A stretch of DNA of 46,713 bases from Nemertoderma westbladi (lineage: Eukaryota; Animalia; Xenacoelomorpha): positions 1 through 46,713 of the forward strand of contig JAUCBJ010001084.1 in NCBI GenBank assembly GCA_032718475.1, written 5' to 3'. Both the position numbers and the translations under genes were made by a program. A model generated the notes under the pieces. That model saw only the letters and a program-made list of their open reading frames with translations. It searched no databases and had not been told where the DNA came from. Numbering within the stretch: the stretch's first letter is position 1; each line of letters starts with the position of its first letter. Positions 22,380-34,759 of this stretch are shown here, in pieces.

Positions 22380-25300
22380 TTAGGAAAGCCTCCCTTTCTG
22401 CTGCTTGCGCATCAATGCAGCAACGTAAATCCACAAGGCCATCACACCGTTGGGATACGGATGGATGTGAACGGCCAAGGAGAACTCCACCTCGGAACTG
22501 GCGTTGAGATGGATCCCAGTGGCCTCAACCGCCTCCACAGCGGTCTCCAGGTCCGTGTAGGGCATCTGCAACGGGAATCCCGACATGTTGTAACTATTCA
22601 ACACGTTCTCCAACTCATGTCTGTGATCCTCGGCTGCGGTATTGGACCGGGTCTCCAGTTTGGTGAGGAGTTGACGCAACGCGTTGGTACAGAACCGGTT
22701 CCAACGAGTTATAAAACGTTGACGCCACGATTGGATTTTCTCTTTCAGTTTCTTCTCTAACTTCTCCGCTAATTCCATAACTTCCACAATGTTGGGCTCC
22801 TTCCATTCTAATTGGTCGGGCTGTACCGTAGCGAGTTGGCGGTGAGGGAAAGATTTTCCGAATATCGGTTGCCAATGACCCTTTTTCGATAAATCGTAGT
22901 CCAACATGTCGGGTTTACTGTGAGTAGAAACGTTGGCCCAAATGTTCTCCGCGTTCACAAGACAACCGATGCTCTTCAACGGGCAGTAAGGATCGGATGT
23001 TCGGTAGTGGCGACCCGTGGATGGGTTCCAGATCCATCGCTCACCCACCGGGTCTGTCTCCACGGTGAGCACGTACGCGGTAGACCCTTCCGGGATTGCC
23101 GCTCCCAGAATCAGGTAAGACTTCTTACCCATTCCCGCGAACAGGTTGCATAGCAACACGGCGTGTTCCTCCTCGTCGCCGGCTAACATCTGCATGAACT
23201 GATCGCAAGTGCTCCAGATATCGCAGATCCCGGCGAACACGGTGCTGTCCGAGACGAAAGGAACGAGAGACACGAATCTGGCGACACGTTCGCTGGGTGT
23301 CATAGAACCAACACCAACAGATAAATCGGATGGCGGTACCAAATCCTTAAAGTATCGCGTTATGAAAACACTTTGTCCGTTGATATCAACTACTGTAGTG
23401 CGAAAGTGTCTCTTAGGGAAGCGTTTCTCCAACTTGGTCTGCCAGTCCTCGGCGTGCATCAACAGCTTAGGATCTTCGTTGGAGTCGAACTTCTCTCTGA
23501 CTGGTTCCCCGGGTGACAGCGCTGGTTCGATAGTCATAAATAATGACATGTATGTGTTGGTGCTGCCTATAGTCTCTGTGGCGAACTCGTCTGTAGTATC
23601 AATGTAGGCAGAGGGGTACGTGTATCCTAGCAACACATGGGGAGTCAGTACCTGAAAGCGGAAATATTACTATCGATATATCGACATATCTTACACATAC
23701 TAACAGCACCCCAGCATGTTTACCGGTATGAATGATTAATTTATCCATAATTCAGTATGCATGTTTACTTTCAGTTTGTAACTGGAATTTGTATTAATGT
23801 AATTTTATTTATTTTAGTTAAATTTTAGTTAAATATAAATAAAATATATTGTGTTAGTTATCGTGAAATTGTTAGATAACTATTTCCGATAAACAAAGAC
23901 AAAATAAGTATATGGCTATATGGGTCGGTTTTTCCTGCGAGTTCCCGGGAAGTTCCAACTCCAGGGGTTCGGAACATTAGTGATGGGGGGGGGGGGGCGG
24001 CGGAACGCATTGACTGTGAGGAACACGGTTCTTATAAACTCGCCGTCATATCGGTGGTGGGAAGCTGGGAACGACGTATCACTACAATAAGTTGGGTTAC
24101 TGTCTCTTGTATTTATTTATCGCCTTTATTTAAATTACATTATTTTTAATTTTAATTAGTAAAACTGAAAAATGAAAATAAATTATTAATCAATAACACT
24201 GATACGCTTGGAAGACGCAACTAAATGTTAATGAACTATCTTTGAACCAGTAACACTCGTTGGAACAGGTAGCTCTGAGAAATTAATCTACATAAAATAG
24301 AAGCAATAGCGGCCATTGGAGGGGAAATTAAATGATAATACACAGTCGGTAGCAAGTAACAGTATTTATTTATAGTCTTAATAAATTAATGTATCTCACC
24401 TGGAAGGTCCCTTCGATACGGCCGTTCATGTAGATTGTACTGAAGGGAATCTGAATGGATCCGAGCCATCTCTTCTCCAGACGATGGTGGATCGTGGAAC
24501 TCTTAGTTCGATCGTCTTCATTCAGATTCACTACAAACTCATCGTACAGGTTAACAAATATGATATCATCTATTTGGTTGAGAGACGCGGGAGAGAAATC
24601 GTTATTGGGTGCCTTGAACCTCAATCGGAGTTGTTCGTTCCAGCTCGGGTTGGGTCCATCTCCCAAACTCGTTTTCTTAAACTGTTTTTGGAAACAAATC
24701 TCCACCAAAGGCCTCACTAACACCGGCCCACCAGTCTCGCCTTTGACTGGGTCTCTCCTAACGGGAATGTTAAAGGCCCTCACAATGTTTACTAGTATTT
24801 CTACATCGGCCCCTCCGAGGTTCTGGGCTGTCACCGTTTTACGTTCCCGTCTCACAGGCCGCAAGGGTCTACGTGGTTCCAGAAGTTTCGATAATATCTC
24901 GCCTACGGTGCTGATATCTGGTAGAGTTTCCTCGATAACTAAATCCTGTAATGTATAATAATGAGACGCAATCTGGAACCTTTTCATTACTTGTTCTCTA
25001 ACGTGGAGTCGGAATGCCGTTACATTACGTTGGTGATCATCCATACCCTCCTTAAACAACGCCATTTTATCTTCCTCCAATTTCTTTTCATAGTTTGTAA
25101 ATATGCTGTCTATAATTTCAATTTCTTTTATGGGAATCATTTTATAATTTCTAAATTCCGGTATTTCTTCGTCTCGCATTGTAATCAAACGGAATCGTTT
25201 CGAAGCCATAAGTTCATCGTCAGTGACAAAGTCGAACTCGTGTTGCAGGTGGTCCAACCGGAAGTATGTGGATGCCTCTAGATAGGAGAGGTCACCGGAT

Positions 25301-27942
25301 AGGGCCATCTGTATGAGCCAATAGAAAGATACGTTCGAAGGGTCATTAGGGTCTAGTTTGGCATCTTGGACCCACTGCAATAACTTGCGAATATCGGTAG
25401 TACCAGCAGCGCCGAGCGCTGCCAGTGGGTCTACCTGGTTCCTGTTATACAAAGTCAACGAATCTGAGACCCCCGGGTCGGCCACCAATGGGGTGCCATC
25501 CTCGGCCAGTCCCCAGGCTATGCTGCAGGTCAGCTGACCCGTGGTGTGCGGCATTACTTCCTCCCCATTGGTCGTTGGGTTGCCAATAAACACAGGTAAC
25601 CCGCTGCCCACCCCCTCATGGCTGTAGTAGATCTTCACGTCGCTACTAAACTCCATGTCTTCTGATTGGATGTTGTCAGCGGTAACTGAAGGATCTGGTA
25701 TGACGCAATAAATCTCGGCTAGCAACGTGCTAGACAATAAACCAGACTCGTATAGCTGCAGTTTTATAGATTCGGGCCATTGTACTATCTGAATATTAAA
25801 TATCTGCCGAAATGGAACCACGAAATCATTAGGTTCTATAACCCGCACAGCCGAACGGCCGACTTCTTTATTGTTAAACAGAACCTTTATGTAAGACTTC
25901 CAGTTGGACAGAGTTTGTCGTCGCTCCTGCTCCGCTCTGGGGCATTGGTACACCGGTGTCACAGTGGCTGTATTCACCAGCTCTGGGTGCAGCACCGGTT
26001 CACCGGGTCTTCTTTTATTCTCCAGGTATTTATCAGTAATTCGTTGCTTAATGACGTCATAATCGAACCGCTCTGGGGGCAACGGTTTCGGTGGTAAATC
26101 CGATTCGTCATCGTCTATGCCTCGCTTCTTCCGGCGTTTACGTTCCATCTTCCTTTCGACCTTCCACTCATCCAACTCTCTTATATACGTCTCATTTTGC
26201 TTCTCGTAATTTTCTTCAAATACGAGCCTCTCATCTTCCAGCTCTGCCTCAACCTGATCGTTCCAAACAACAAGGTCCGCTTCTTTATTGCTTTGATCCT
26301 TTCTCATCTGTAACTTTATTTTGGTGTTCGTGTAGCCTTGATTGTCCCGGAGTTCTTTCAACTGTTTCCACGTGCGAACCATTCGTTTCAGTAGCGACCT
26401 CTCTTGCGACTCCTCGGTATCGCGTTGCTGACGAGTTTGTCGAATCTGAGTGTTGTAACCCTGGATACGAGACGAGGCTTGTTTATCGAAGGCGTCGAAT
26501 GCTTCTGGGTCTGTGGGGAGAGTCGCGTTGGGGTTATTCTCTGATCGCAATCTCCTCTTCTCGATTTCGTCACTAAGTCGTTGCTTAGCAACCCGCAACG
26601 CTCTGAGTTTATCTGAGTAGAAATCCTTTAGGTTTTTCGATCGCGCGAACGTAAAGCTAGTATGAAGTGTTTTTAGTCTCGCGGCGAGGATGTGTTCCCG
26701 ACTGTAGAGCGGGTGATGGGAGAAAGTTAACGACCCAATATCAACGTCGAGCTGGTAGTTTCCTCGCGAACTACCGATTCCGTCGATGTACCGACTATCG
26801 AAGTCCTTAAGGACGGCCTTCTGGTAGTCGGTCTGTATCGAGGGGTCTAGTTCGTCGGGTTCCAATAGGACCGGTTTAGTTAGTTCGGAGCTCAGCGGAT
26901 CCGGCAGGGCGATTAGTCGCCCGTCCTGTCCGAACCAGCGCGCCCCTCCGTCCGCTCTCCGTAACATCCGCTGTTCCGCGAGGTTGAGGTTCCGCAACGC
27001 GACCGTCGGACGAACCCCCGAGTATAAGCCCTCTTCCTCGAGAAATCGCAGCTCTTCCGTCGGGATCTTCCGTTTGTCCGCGGGTTTTGTCATCGTCGGG
27101 ACCCACAACAGCTGTTGTTCCAGAGCGGTGCGCTGCTGCCGGGGGATGTAGTGCGACGGTTCCGTCGTTAAAATCGTTGACTCGATTAGAATCTCCGTCG
27201 CCTCCTGCTGATCGTCGGTCGGTTCCGGTCGCTCCACCGGTTCCGGTTCCCATGTCTTCGTAAAGAAGTCGTAACATTCCTCCTCCGACGGCAGGAAGGC
27301 CCGGTCCCCACCCTTCAGCCCCAACGCCCTCGCCTTCGCCGATATACTTTGCTCCAGGAGTTGCTCCTCCCGGAGAGTATCGGGATCATCGAATCTCGTC
27401 GTCACCGGTCGCGCCTTCAGATCCCGCAACCGACGTGACGGCCGAACCTCCTCGGCCACCTTTACTTCGGCCGTATGTTTGGCTGACTCCACTTTGGATT
27501 GGAGTCGTTGACGGATCGACTCGATATCAGCCCGACTGCGGGACGCCCGTCTGGCCGATCCGAGGGATCGCGACGTCGTTAACTCGTCATCGAGGTCCCC
27601 GGCTGCTGTGATTGGTTCCTCCTCGCTGACCCCACCAGCCAACCGCAGCGTTGACTCCTTTAGTCTCGCCTTTTCGTCCCGAAGCGTCGATGTGTGATCC
27701 ACGTCTGATTCGCTTACTGTCAACGTCGCCTCCAATTCCTGCTGTTTACGACGTCGCCGTTTAGCCAACCTAGACGCGAGATTCTCCGCCTCTTTAACTT
27801 CCTCTTCTGTAACTGTTGTTTCTCCGCCTGTTGGACTCGCTGTTTCTTCCTCGTTATCCTCTTCCACCAGACCATCTTGGGAGTCACGCAGACCCCTCTT
27901 GTCACGCAGTTTCGCTAACATATCTTTCCTTCTAGCCGCCAT
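22380..27942 (-). CDS. CC2D2A: Coiled-coil and C2 domain-containing protein 2A (ciliary transition zone, MKS6); 2 exons 27942-24400 and 23651-22380, ~1604 aa
   Basis: Motifs RFLEEEGLY.G.RP, WFGQDGRL.ALPDPL, FSHHPLYSREH.LA, C2 domain NIVRAFNIPVR...GPNPSWNEQL, C-terminal GDEEEHAVLLCN, CPLKSIGCL...NIWAN, EFSLAVHIHPYPN. Phase-0 intron CAG|GTGAGA ... TTTCAG|GTA. Confidence 0.95.
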
Positions 27943-28982
27943 ATTAGTGTAAATTAGACTCGAATATATTTGGTTGTAGGATAATTTTGTTTCTGGATAA
28001 TGAAGTTACTTTAGAATATTAGTCAAGTAAATATATAAAATCCATTGCCATTTTATGAACTATATCAGCACCAAGATTCCAATACAGTGATGTCTAATAT
28101 GTTAGAGGTATATGTATTAATTATTTTACAGTATCATTTGTAAGCGCTAAAGGTCGCGACGTAACTATACCGTTTTGTTTGTATGTACTTCAGGCGGCTT
28201 TGGGTCGAGCGAGACTATGTACCAAACAAATCAGATTATACGATAATTATTTATATAAATTTAATAATATTGAAAATCAAGAAGTGAGTACAGATGTACT
28301 ACAGTACAGATGTACGAGGCATTTTTATTCCTCGTTTACTAAATCTATTTATTTTGGAATGGATGTGCATTTTTACCTTAGGTGCAAAATCGAACACTAC
28401 ACACTCAACAGTGAATGAACAACGCACAGCAGCGGAACCAGGTAACAGTGTACCGGTACCTTATATAGGCTACTGCTTACATTTTATCATCGCAGCCTAA
28501 CACAATATTGTGAATGAGATTGTTTTTATTGGTATCCTAGCAGCGACCCATCTCAGCTGATGTATACCAACTGATGAGTGAGCTGCGCTGCTAGCAGTCA
28601 AGGCGTACTATATACATTGCAAATAGCACGCCTTGGCTGCAGTACACTAGAGTATTAAATTGTAATTTGAATTGAGTGTAAGACACTCTAATGTAAATTT
28701 TACACATACGAGAGCTCTAGCTGCCTGCGCCCATGTAAATAATACTCGGGTGACCAATATAGAGAACAGACTGCGTAAGCAGTAGTCACATTCACATACT
28801 CGTTCGTTAAATCAACCCTCGAAAAAACTAATATTGCTTCGGGTTGTTATGGGCTTCCGCTTAGACCAGCACATGGTGGATGGTGGTCAAGTATTATTTA
28901 GCAAAGTAAGCAAAAAAAAAGCAAAGCAAACAGCTACCAACCTAAAGCTAGCAACCATAATTATGCAACCTTATTTAGTTAT

Positions 28983-29250
28983 TATACAAGAATGCTACGT
29001 CGGATTCACTGTGGCAAGTTTAATGCACATATCTCCAATCAGACACTATAATAACATTGGAGGTGTCTCACTGGTTCCCCAAGCTTGATACTAGAATAAA
29101 GCCGCCTCCGCTTTGCAGGATATTGTTTTCGCCGTGAGGGCCACCAAGGAGAAAATAAGCATGGTGGACAGCCAATAACTTTCGTGAGACGCCTCTTAAA
29201 GGACACCGGCCTTGAAGTGGCGGATAGTCTCGCAAAAGTCATGGTGGTGA
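28983..29250 (+). mobile_element. Degenerate 3' fragment of an RTE-clade non-LTR retrotransposon ORF
   Basis: Translates with frameshifts as YTRMLRRI...HISNQTL and RLRFAGYCFRR...HGGQPITFVRRLLKDTGLEVADSLAKVM, matching the RTE C-terminal pattern YTRMLR / RRLRFAGHC.R / DTGL. Confidence 0.7.
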
Positions 29251-30724
29251 CGTGTTTTTGTTAAGGTGGCATGTAGCACATCAATATGCAGTTTAAATGC
29301 AGCAGGCCGATTATAGTAGTAGATTTACCCCATCACCAGGGCAAATATATGGTGGGAAGGTTTCTAAAATCGATGTTGTCAAGGACCATCGGGTGGAATG
29401 TTCTTACTTACGCGCCCGTAATTCAACGGGGATGATCTCTGCTCTTTGTTGCTGAGTAAAGGAGATATAACTTTATCAAAATATTTGTCATTTGAATCAA
29501 TGCTATTATTAGTTGCTTCATCAGGGCTGCCACTTAACATTGAAATGTCTTGCCAATAAAATTTTGCGTAAGACTACTAAATTACAGAAATCGGACAACT
29601 CATGTAAAAACCCCGTGCTCCGTGTTTGAATAATAGGATATAGAAAGTTTGTAAATTCATTCGCTGTATTTCCGATCAAATGAAAAATAATAATAAAAGA
29701 TAATGAGAAAAAGAAAAAAATAATGTTGGAATAAATAATAATAATAATAATAATGTTGGAATGGGGGTGGGTAAACGTTATCCCCACTCCGACCCCCCCC
29801 CCCCCCCCGCGCAGTTATTGTTAGAGTTTCCTGATCCATTAAATTGTTTAAAAAAATATTATATTAGATTAATATTATATTATAGTTTTACTGTACAATA
29901 GTGCATTTATTTCCGTTTTGGATTTCCTTTAGTCGGTTCTACTTGTCTTGTACGTACATGAACTGAGTGAGTTCTCACTGACTTATTGCCATTTACCGCA
30001 GGTGAGGGCTGTACGCGATTATGATCGACAGATTAGATGTGTGAAGTCGATAACATTTTCTCCCATTTTATTGAATTAGAATATAGGCCAGGATTTAGTG
30101 ACCTGAAACTGAAACTAGTGATAAGGAATTACTTTTTATATAAATAAATCTAAGGAGGGTCTGAATTTGCAGTTGAACAAATTTTAAATAACTTTTTTAA
30201 TTATGTTAATGACTATTAATTAAATAAAAAAAACAGTATTGATTTAAATACCTTTTATAACTGTTATAAATATGATTTTCAATTTATTACGATTTATAAA
30301 AAAAAAATCGTTTTGAAATGGTACTTTATTATAACAATAAACAAATAAAAATATTAAATGAATATTAAATAAAAACAAAAAACAATAAAAATTGTGTTTT
30401 ATAGAATTGAGAGAATTAAAAATCGACCTTCATCCTCATTACTATGGCAACTGTGTTATATTTTATGTCCGTTTCTCCCCTACCAAATCATAAGAGCTGA
30501 ATTGCAGACGCGCACGGTAGGATGTTTCCACCCGATTACCTAGGCAAAAACAACATACACATTTTAGAAACATATTTCAATAAGTTTCTAAAGAACCAGT
30601 GCCTTGCCATAATATCCAAAATACCAAATTGGTATTTAAGAAGTTCCTAAGGAAATTATTACTGGAATAGTGTAGAAATACTGGACAATAAAAATCCGAC
30701 GTCAGGGCCTTGGTGGAATCGAAA

Positions 30725-30781
30725 AGGTTTATTTGGTGTATTTAGTAGGTTTATTTGGTGTATTTATTAGATTTATTTGGT
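30725..30781. repeat. 22-bp tandem repeat x2.6
   Basis: AGGTTTATTTGGTGTATTTA(G/T)T repeated. Confidence 0.75.
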
Positions 30782-30999
30782 AAACCAAACCTATTTAATT
30801 AAATAGTATACATAATTCGCACATAAAAGAAAAATAAATGTAAGTTAATGAAAAGAGGGGAGGGATGTGATGTGATATAATCACAAATTCTAATAAACTG
30901 AATATATTTGGTTCTCTAATAAAATAATTTGCAATTATCAATTAATTTAAATAAATTTTACCAATAGATTGCAAATATGACGTATAAAAAATATAAAGG

Positions 31000-33930
31000 C
31001 TAAGGTGTTCCAAACTGGAGATGTAAGCCAATATTATCGTCCCTAAACGTAGACAATGATCGGTCCGGTCGTTGGGTTACAGTTTCTATTGACCCAATTC
31101 TAGAACACGATTTCATTATATCGATATATGGGATGAATGAGTCGGCGTTAGTTAAATATAAGCGACTTCGCTTCGGACTGGCTTTATTCTCGTCTACAAT
31201 TCTCAACGCGTGAGTCGTAATATCCAAACAACGTGTGACGTCATCCTCCAGTACGGGATCCCTGTGTGGGTAATCCTTGTTGCTGGGATACTCAGCTAAA
31301 CATATACTGGGCGCGGATTGCCTAAACGGAAGACGTTGCCACAACTCCTCACTAAGGAAAGGCATAAAAGGACTGATAAGTCGCAGCCCGGTATCCATGG
31401 TAACGTATAGAACAGCGCGAACGACGGGACATGTAGCTACGCGGGGTTTAACGCTCTCGACATAGACGCTACATAAATCCGACCACCACAGCTGGTACAG
31501 AGTCTCCGTGGCGCGGTACAACTCACGTCGCGAGAAAGATTCGTTCACGGAATCCACGGCGTAGCTGAGACGACTCAACATCCATCGATCGGCCACGGAA
31601 GCGGGTTTAATGACCAGCGGATCGAGAAGGTCAGAGTTCTCAGGGAAATACGAGGACGAGAATTTATAGGCGTTCCAAATCTTATTGCAGAATCGCGTCG
31701 TCTGGTAGATTTTCCCGATGTCGATGTGAATATTTGTGTTGTGGCTTTTAGCGGAGCAGAGTGCGAACCTCAGGGCGTCGGCGCCGCATTGCGGAATATC
31801 GCGTGCGTAGATCTCCGGTTGGAGGCGTCGCTCACTGTCTGACTGCCCGACTAGGCCACCGGAGGCTGTGCCAACGGGAGCGGTGCCCCGTACAACGTGG
31901 ATCGGGTCCAGGGTGTTCCCCCGAGATTTACTCATCTTGCGTCCGCGCGCATCCCGCACCATCGCGTGTAGTCGGACCTCCGGGAACGGGAGTCTGCCAG
32001 TCAGCTGCAACCCCAGAGTGACGCACCGGGCCACCCAGAAAAGAAGGATATCTTCCCCGGTCTCCATCAGACTCAGCGGGTAGTGTGACCCGGTGGGGGA
32101 GGGCCAGCCAGACGCCGCAAAAGGAAACAACCCCGATGAGAACCACGTGTCTAAAACATCCGGGTCACGCGACAACGTTATACGAGACTCGGGAACTGAA
32201 AGTAATTTGGAAGCGTTGGCGAGAGCCTCTTGGTGCGACCTTCCTACAACCCAGGGCCCATCGTCGGAAGTCAATCTATCAAGTGCACCCCCCACCCCAC
32301 TACCTGCACCCTCTACCCCACTACCTCCACCCCCCACCCCACTACCGCTCACCTCCACCCTGTATGCTGGCACCCGATGGCCCCACCAGATCTGCCGTGA
32401 CAGACACCAGTCCTTGGATTGAGACAACCACGACTTCCAAGTCTTCCTGTGGTGTTCCGGATGTATAACCAGCTCCCCCGACTCTACTGCCTCTACGGCG
32501 CGTCGCGTCAGTGTCTCCATCACAACCAACCAGTGCTGCTTCAACATCGGCTCTATAATATCGCCGCTACGACTGCAGACAGGAATGAGAGTTTCGAACT
32601 CTTGTGCGCCTCGGTAGAGTCCCTTCTGTTCTAATTCATCGCGGATGGCTGAACGCGCGATGAACCGGTCCATCTGGTGGTAGCGACTCAGGTCGCTGAT
32701 CATACGACCCCGATCGTCCATTACCGTGATAACCGGTAGACCGTGGTTCATGGCCAACTCGAAATCCGTGAAGTCGTGGCCGGGAGTCACTTTAACTGCA
32801 CCGCTCCCGAAATCGGGGTTAACAGAATCGTCGATAATTATCGGTATCCGGGAACCGGAAATCGGATGAGTCAGGAAGGAACCGCGGTACCGGAAGTAGC
32901 GTGAGTCATTCGGGTGCACCGCCACAGCTGTGTCGCCTAGCAACGTCTCTAAACGAGTGGTAGCCACGGTAACCACCTCGGTTGACCCAGAGACGGGATA
33001 TTCGAAGCGTTCCAGAAGTCCGCAGACTACGGGTTCGGAGCGCCCGGGAACCGCTAGGGGCGTACGCCCGGATATCGGAAGTAGATCGACCTCGATGTCC
33101 GATACAGCCGAACGAAGGTGCGGACACCAGTTAACCAATCGGAGGTCGCGACGGATCAGCCCCGCCTCGTATAGTCTGATAAAGGCCTCGTCTACCGCCC
33201 GACTGTACGACTTATCTAATGTAAAGGTGAACCGAGACCAGTCCAACGATGCCCCAAGCAACCCCAACTGCGACTCTATCGCCGTCGCTTTATCCCGGCC
33301 CCACTCCCAAACCTCCCGTATAAATTCCTCCCTACCGACATCGTAGCGACTTAGACCCCGAGCCGCGAGACGGCGCTCCACGGCCACTTGAGTCGCTATT
33401 CCTGCGTGGTCGCACCCTGGTAACCAGACGACTCCCCGCCCGCCCTGCCGCATACGATACCACCGAACCAGACTGTCCTCTATTGCTACAGTAAGCGCAT
33501 GTCCCATATGCAGTTCGCCGGTTACATTGGGTGGCGGAATTACCATAACAAAGGGTTTTACCCCGTCTGATGGAGAGGAATTCTCGACTGGACTAAAGAA
33601 ACCCATTTTCTTCCACCATTCGTACCATACTGCTTCCACGTAGGAGGGCCAGTATTTCTTTGGTAGCGGCGAGATAATGTCCTTCTTATCCCCGGGTTTC
33701 GTTCGTCCGATATCGTACGATTGTTCTCCCTCCGACTTAAACAGTTTGATTTTAACCTCTTCATTGACGCTCGGTGGTAATGGTATGTCTAACTTCTCGC
33801 GAACTTTTCGCTTCGTTAATAACTTTTTGGAACGGGGGTGTTGTGATTGCAATGAAGTTGTGTTTCTCTTAATTAGAGGATATCTGCGGATTAAATTCTG
33901 TATACCGGAAGATAAATGAATCGGAATCAT
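31000..33930 (-). CDS. VARS2: Valine--tRNA ligase, mitochondrial type (intronless, 976 aa)
   Basis: PPPNVTG.LHMGHAL (HIGH motif), DHAGIATQ, WCLSRQIWWGH, DVLDTWFSS, KMSKS. Basic N-terminal extension and TKPGDKKD / YPLSLMETG.DILLFWV resemble the mitochondrial isoform; no GST-like N-terminal domain. Confidence 0.9.
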   Translation of the reverse strand: MIPIHLSSGIQNLIRRYPLIKRNTTSLQSQHPRSKKLLTKRKVREKLDIPLPPSVNEEVKIKLFKSEGEQSYDIGRTKPGDKKDIISPLPKKYWPSYVEAVWYEWWKKMGFFSPVENSSPSDGVKPFVMVIPPPNVTGELHMGHALTVAIEDSLVRWYRMRQGGRGVVWLPGCDHAGIATQVAVERRLAARGLSRYDVGREEFIREVWEWGRDKATAIESQLGLLGASLDWSRFTFTLDKSYSRAVDEAFIRLYEAGLIRRDLRLVNWCPHLRSAVSDIEVDLLPISGRTPLAVPGRSEPVVCGLLERFEYPVSGSTEVVTVATTRLETLLGDTAVAVHPNDSRYFRYRGSFLTHPISGSRIPIIIDDSVNPDFGSGAVKVTPGHDFTDFELAMNHGLPVITVMDDRGRMISDLSRYHQMDRFIARSAIRDELEQKGLYRGAQEFETLIPVCSRSGDIIEPMLKQHWLVVMETLTRRAVEAVESGELVIHPEHHRKTWKSWLSQSKDWCLSRQIWWGHRVPAYRVEVSGSGVGGGGSGVEGAGSGVGGALDRLTSDDGPWVVGRSHQEALANASKLLSVPESRITLSRDPDVLDTWFSSGLFPFAASGWPSPTGSHYPLSLMETGEDILLFWVARCVTLGLQLTGRLPFPEVRLHAMVRDARGRKMSKSRGNTLDPIHVVRGTAPVGTASGGLVGQSDSERRLQPEIYARDIPQCGADALRFALCSAKSHNTNIHIDIGKIYQTTRFCNKIWNAYKFSSSYFPENSDLLDPLVIKPASVADRWMLSRLSYAVDSVNESFSRRELYRATETLYQLWWSDLCSVYVESVKPRVATCPVVRAVLYVTMDTGLRLISPFMPFLSEELWQRLPFRQSAPSICLAEYPSNKDYPHRDPVLEDDVTRCLDITTHALRIVDENKASPKRSRLYLTNADSFIPYIDIMKSCSRIGSIETVTQRPDRSLSTFRDDNIGLHLQFGTP

Positions 33931-34500
33931 TTTACTTTAGTTTGAACGAACCCACCCAACGAACCCACCCAACCCAGAATTAACAAATAGGCCTACTGAA
34001 ATATGAACTGATGAAGCGCCGTTCGGGCGTTCGCCGTTTACGCCAAAACTATCGGAATAAATATTTATACTAACAGACTAAAGTTGTACCGGCTGACCGG
34101 TATCAATAAAAAATATTAGGCCTATACTAAAGTCGGCTGAGATTCGATGGTGTAATTCGAGATTCAGTATCAGTAGTGATACGATACCGTAGCAATACAG
34201 CAATAGGCAGATAGGATGCAGGCAACCTTCAACCTTATGCTGTTATGTGTTCTGTACAGCGTACCGTATGTCAGTATGTATGTATATTATACTGACTAGT
34301 AAGGGGAATTACAAATTGACAATGCCATTTTAAGTTTCCCGCCGTTTTAACTATAATATATTCAACTAAGTACAATACTAGGGGTGTACTACTTGCAGAC
34401 ATGTAATCAGAATAGAAATCGTTATAACGATTGTATTATGTAGACTTTCTTGCAACGAATGGTCGCCACGTTAACCACATCGGTAGGTACCCGGTACCGT

Positions 34501-34614
34501 ATTGCCAATCCTTACACTACTAGGAACACCTCTTGAATGGATACCCGGTGCCGGGATTGCCAATCCTTACACTACTAGGAACACCTCTTGAATTGATACA
34601 CGGTGCCGGGATTG
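34501..34614. repeat. 55-bp tandem duplication
   Basis: ATTGCCAATCCTTACACTACTAGGAACACCTCTTGAAT...GGTGCCGGG at 34501 and 34556. Confidence 0.85.
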
Positions 34615-34759
34615 CGATTGGTTAATGAGCTAGAGCTACACTTTGATTATAGATTATGTTCAAATAACGTAAGGGATGGATCTGTAACAATATCTCACAT
34701 TTTCGCCAAAAAAATTCCTCAAACAAAAATTGTGGATGTAATAAATCGTAGAATCACAT

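Noticed and set aside
27943-28545. X-box in the CC2D2A proximal promoter
   Set aside because: Only weak matches (GTTGTAGGATAAT, GTATCCTAGCAGC); insufficient to call.
15869-33919. Many + strand ORFs overlapping CC2D1, CC2D2A and VARS2
   Set aside because: Antisense shadows of GC-rich coding sequence with no recognisable motifs.
716-33930. Bacterial origin or operon suggested by intronless co-oriented genes
   Set aside because: The proteins are animal-type (CC2D1, CC2D2A, VARS2), spacers are several kb, and spliceosomal introns and SINEs are present.
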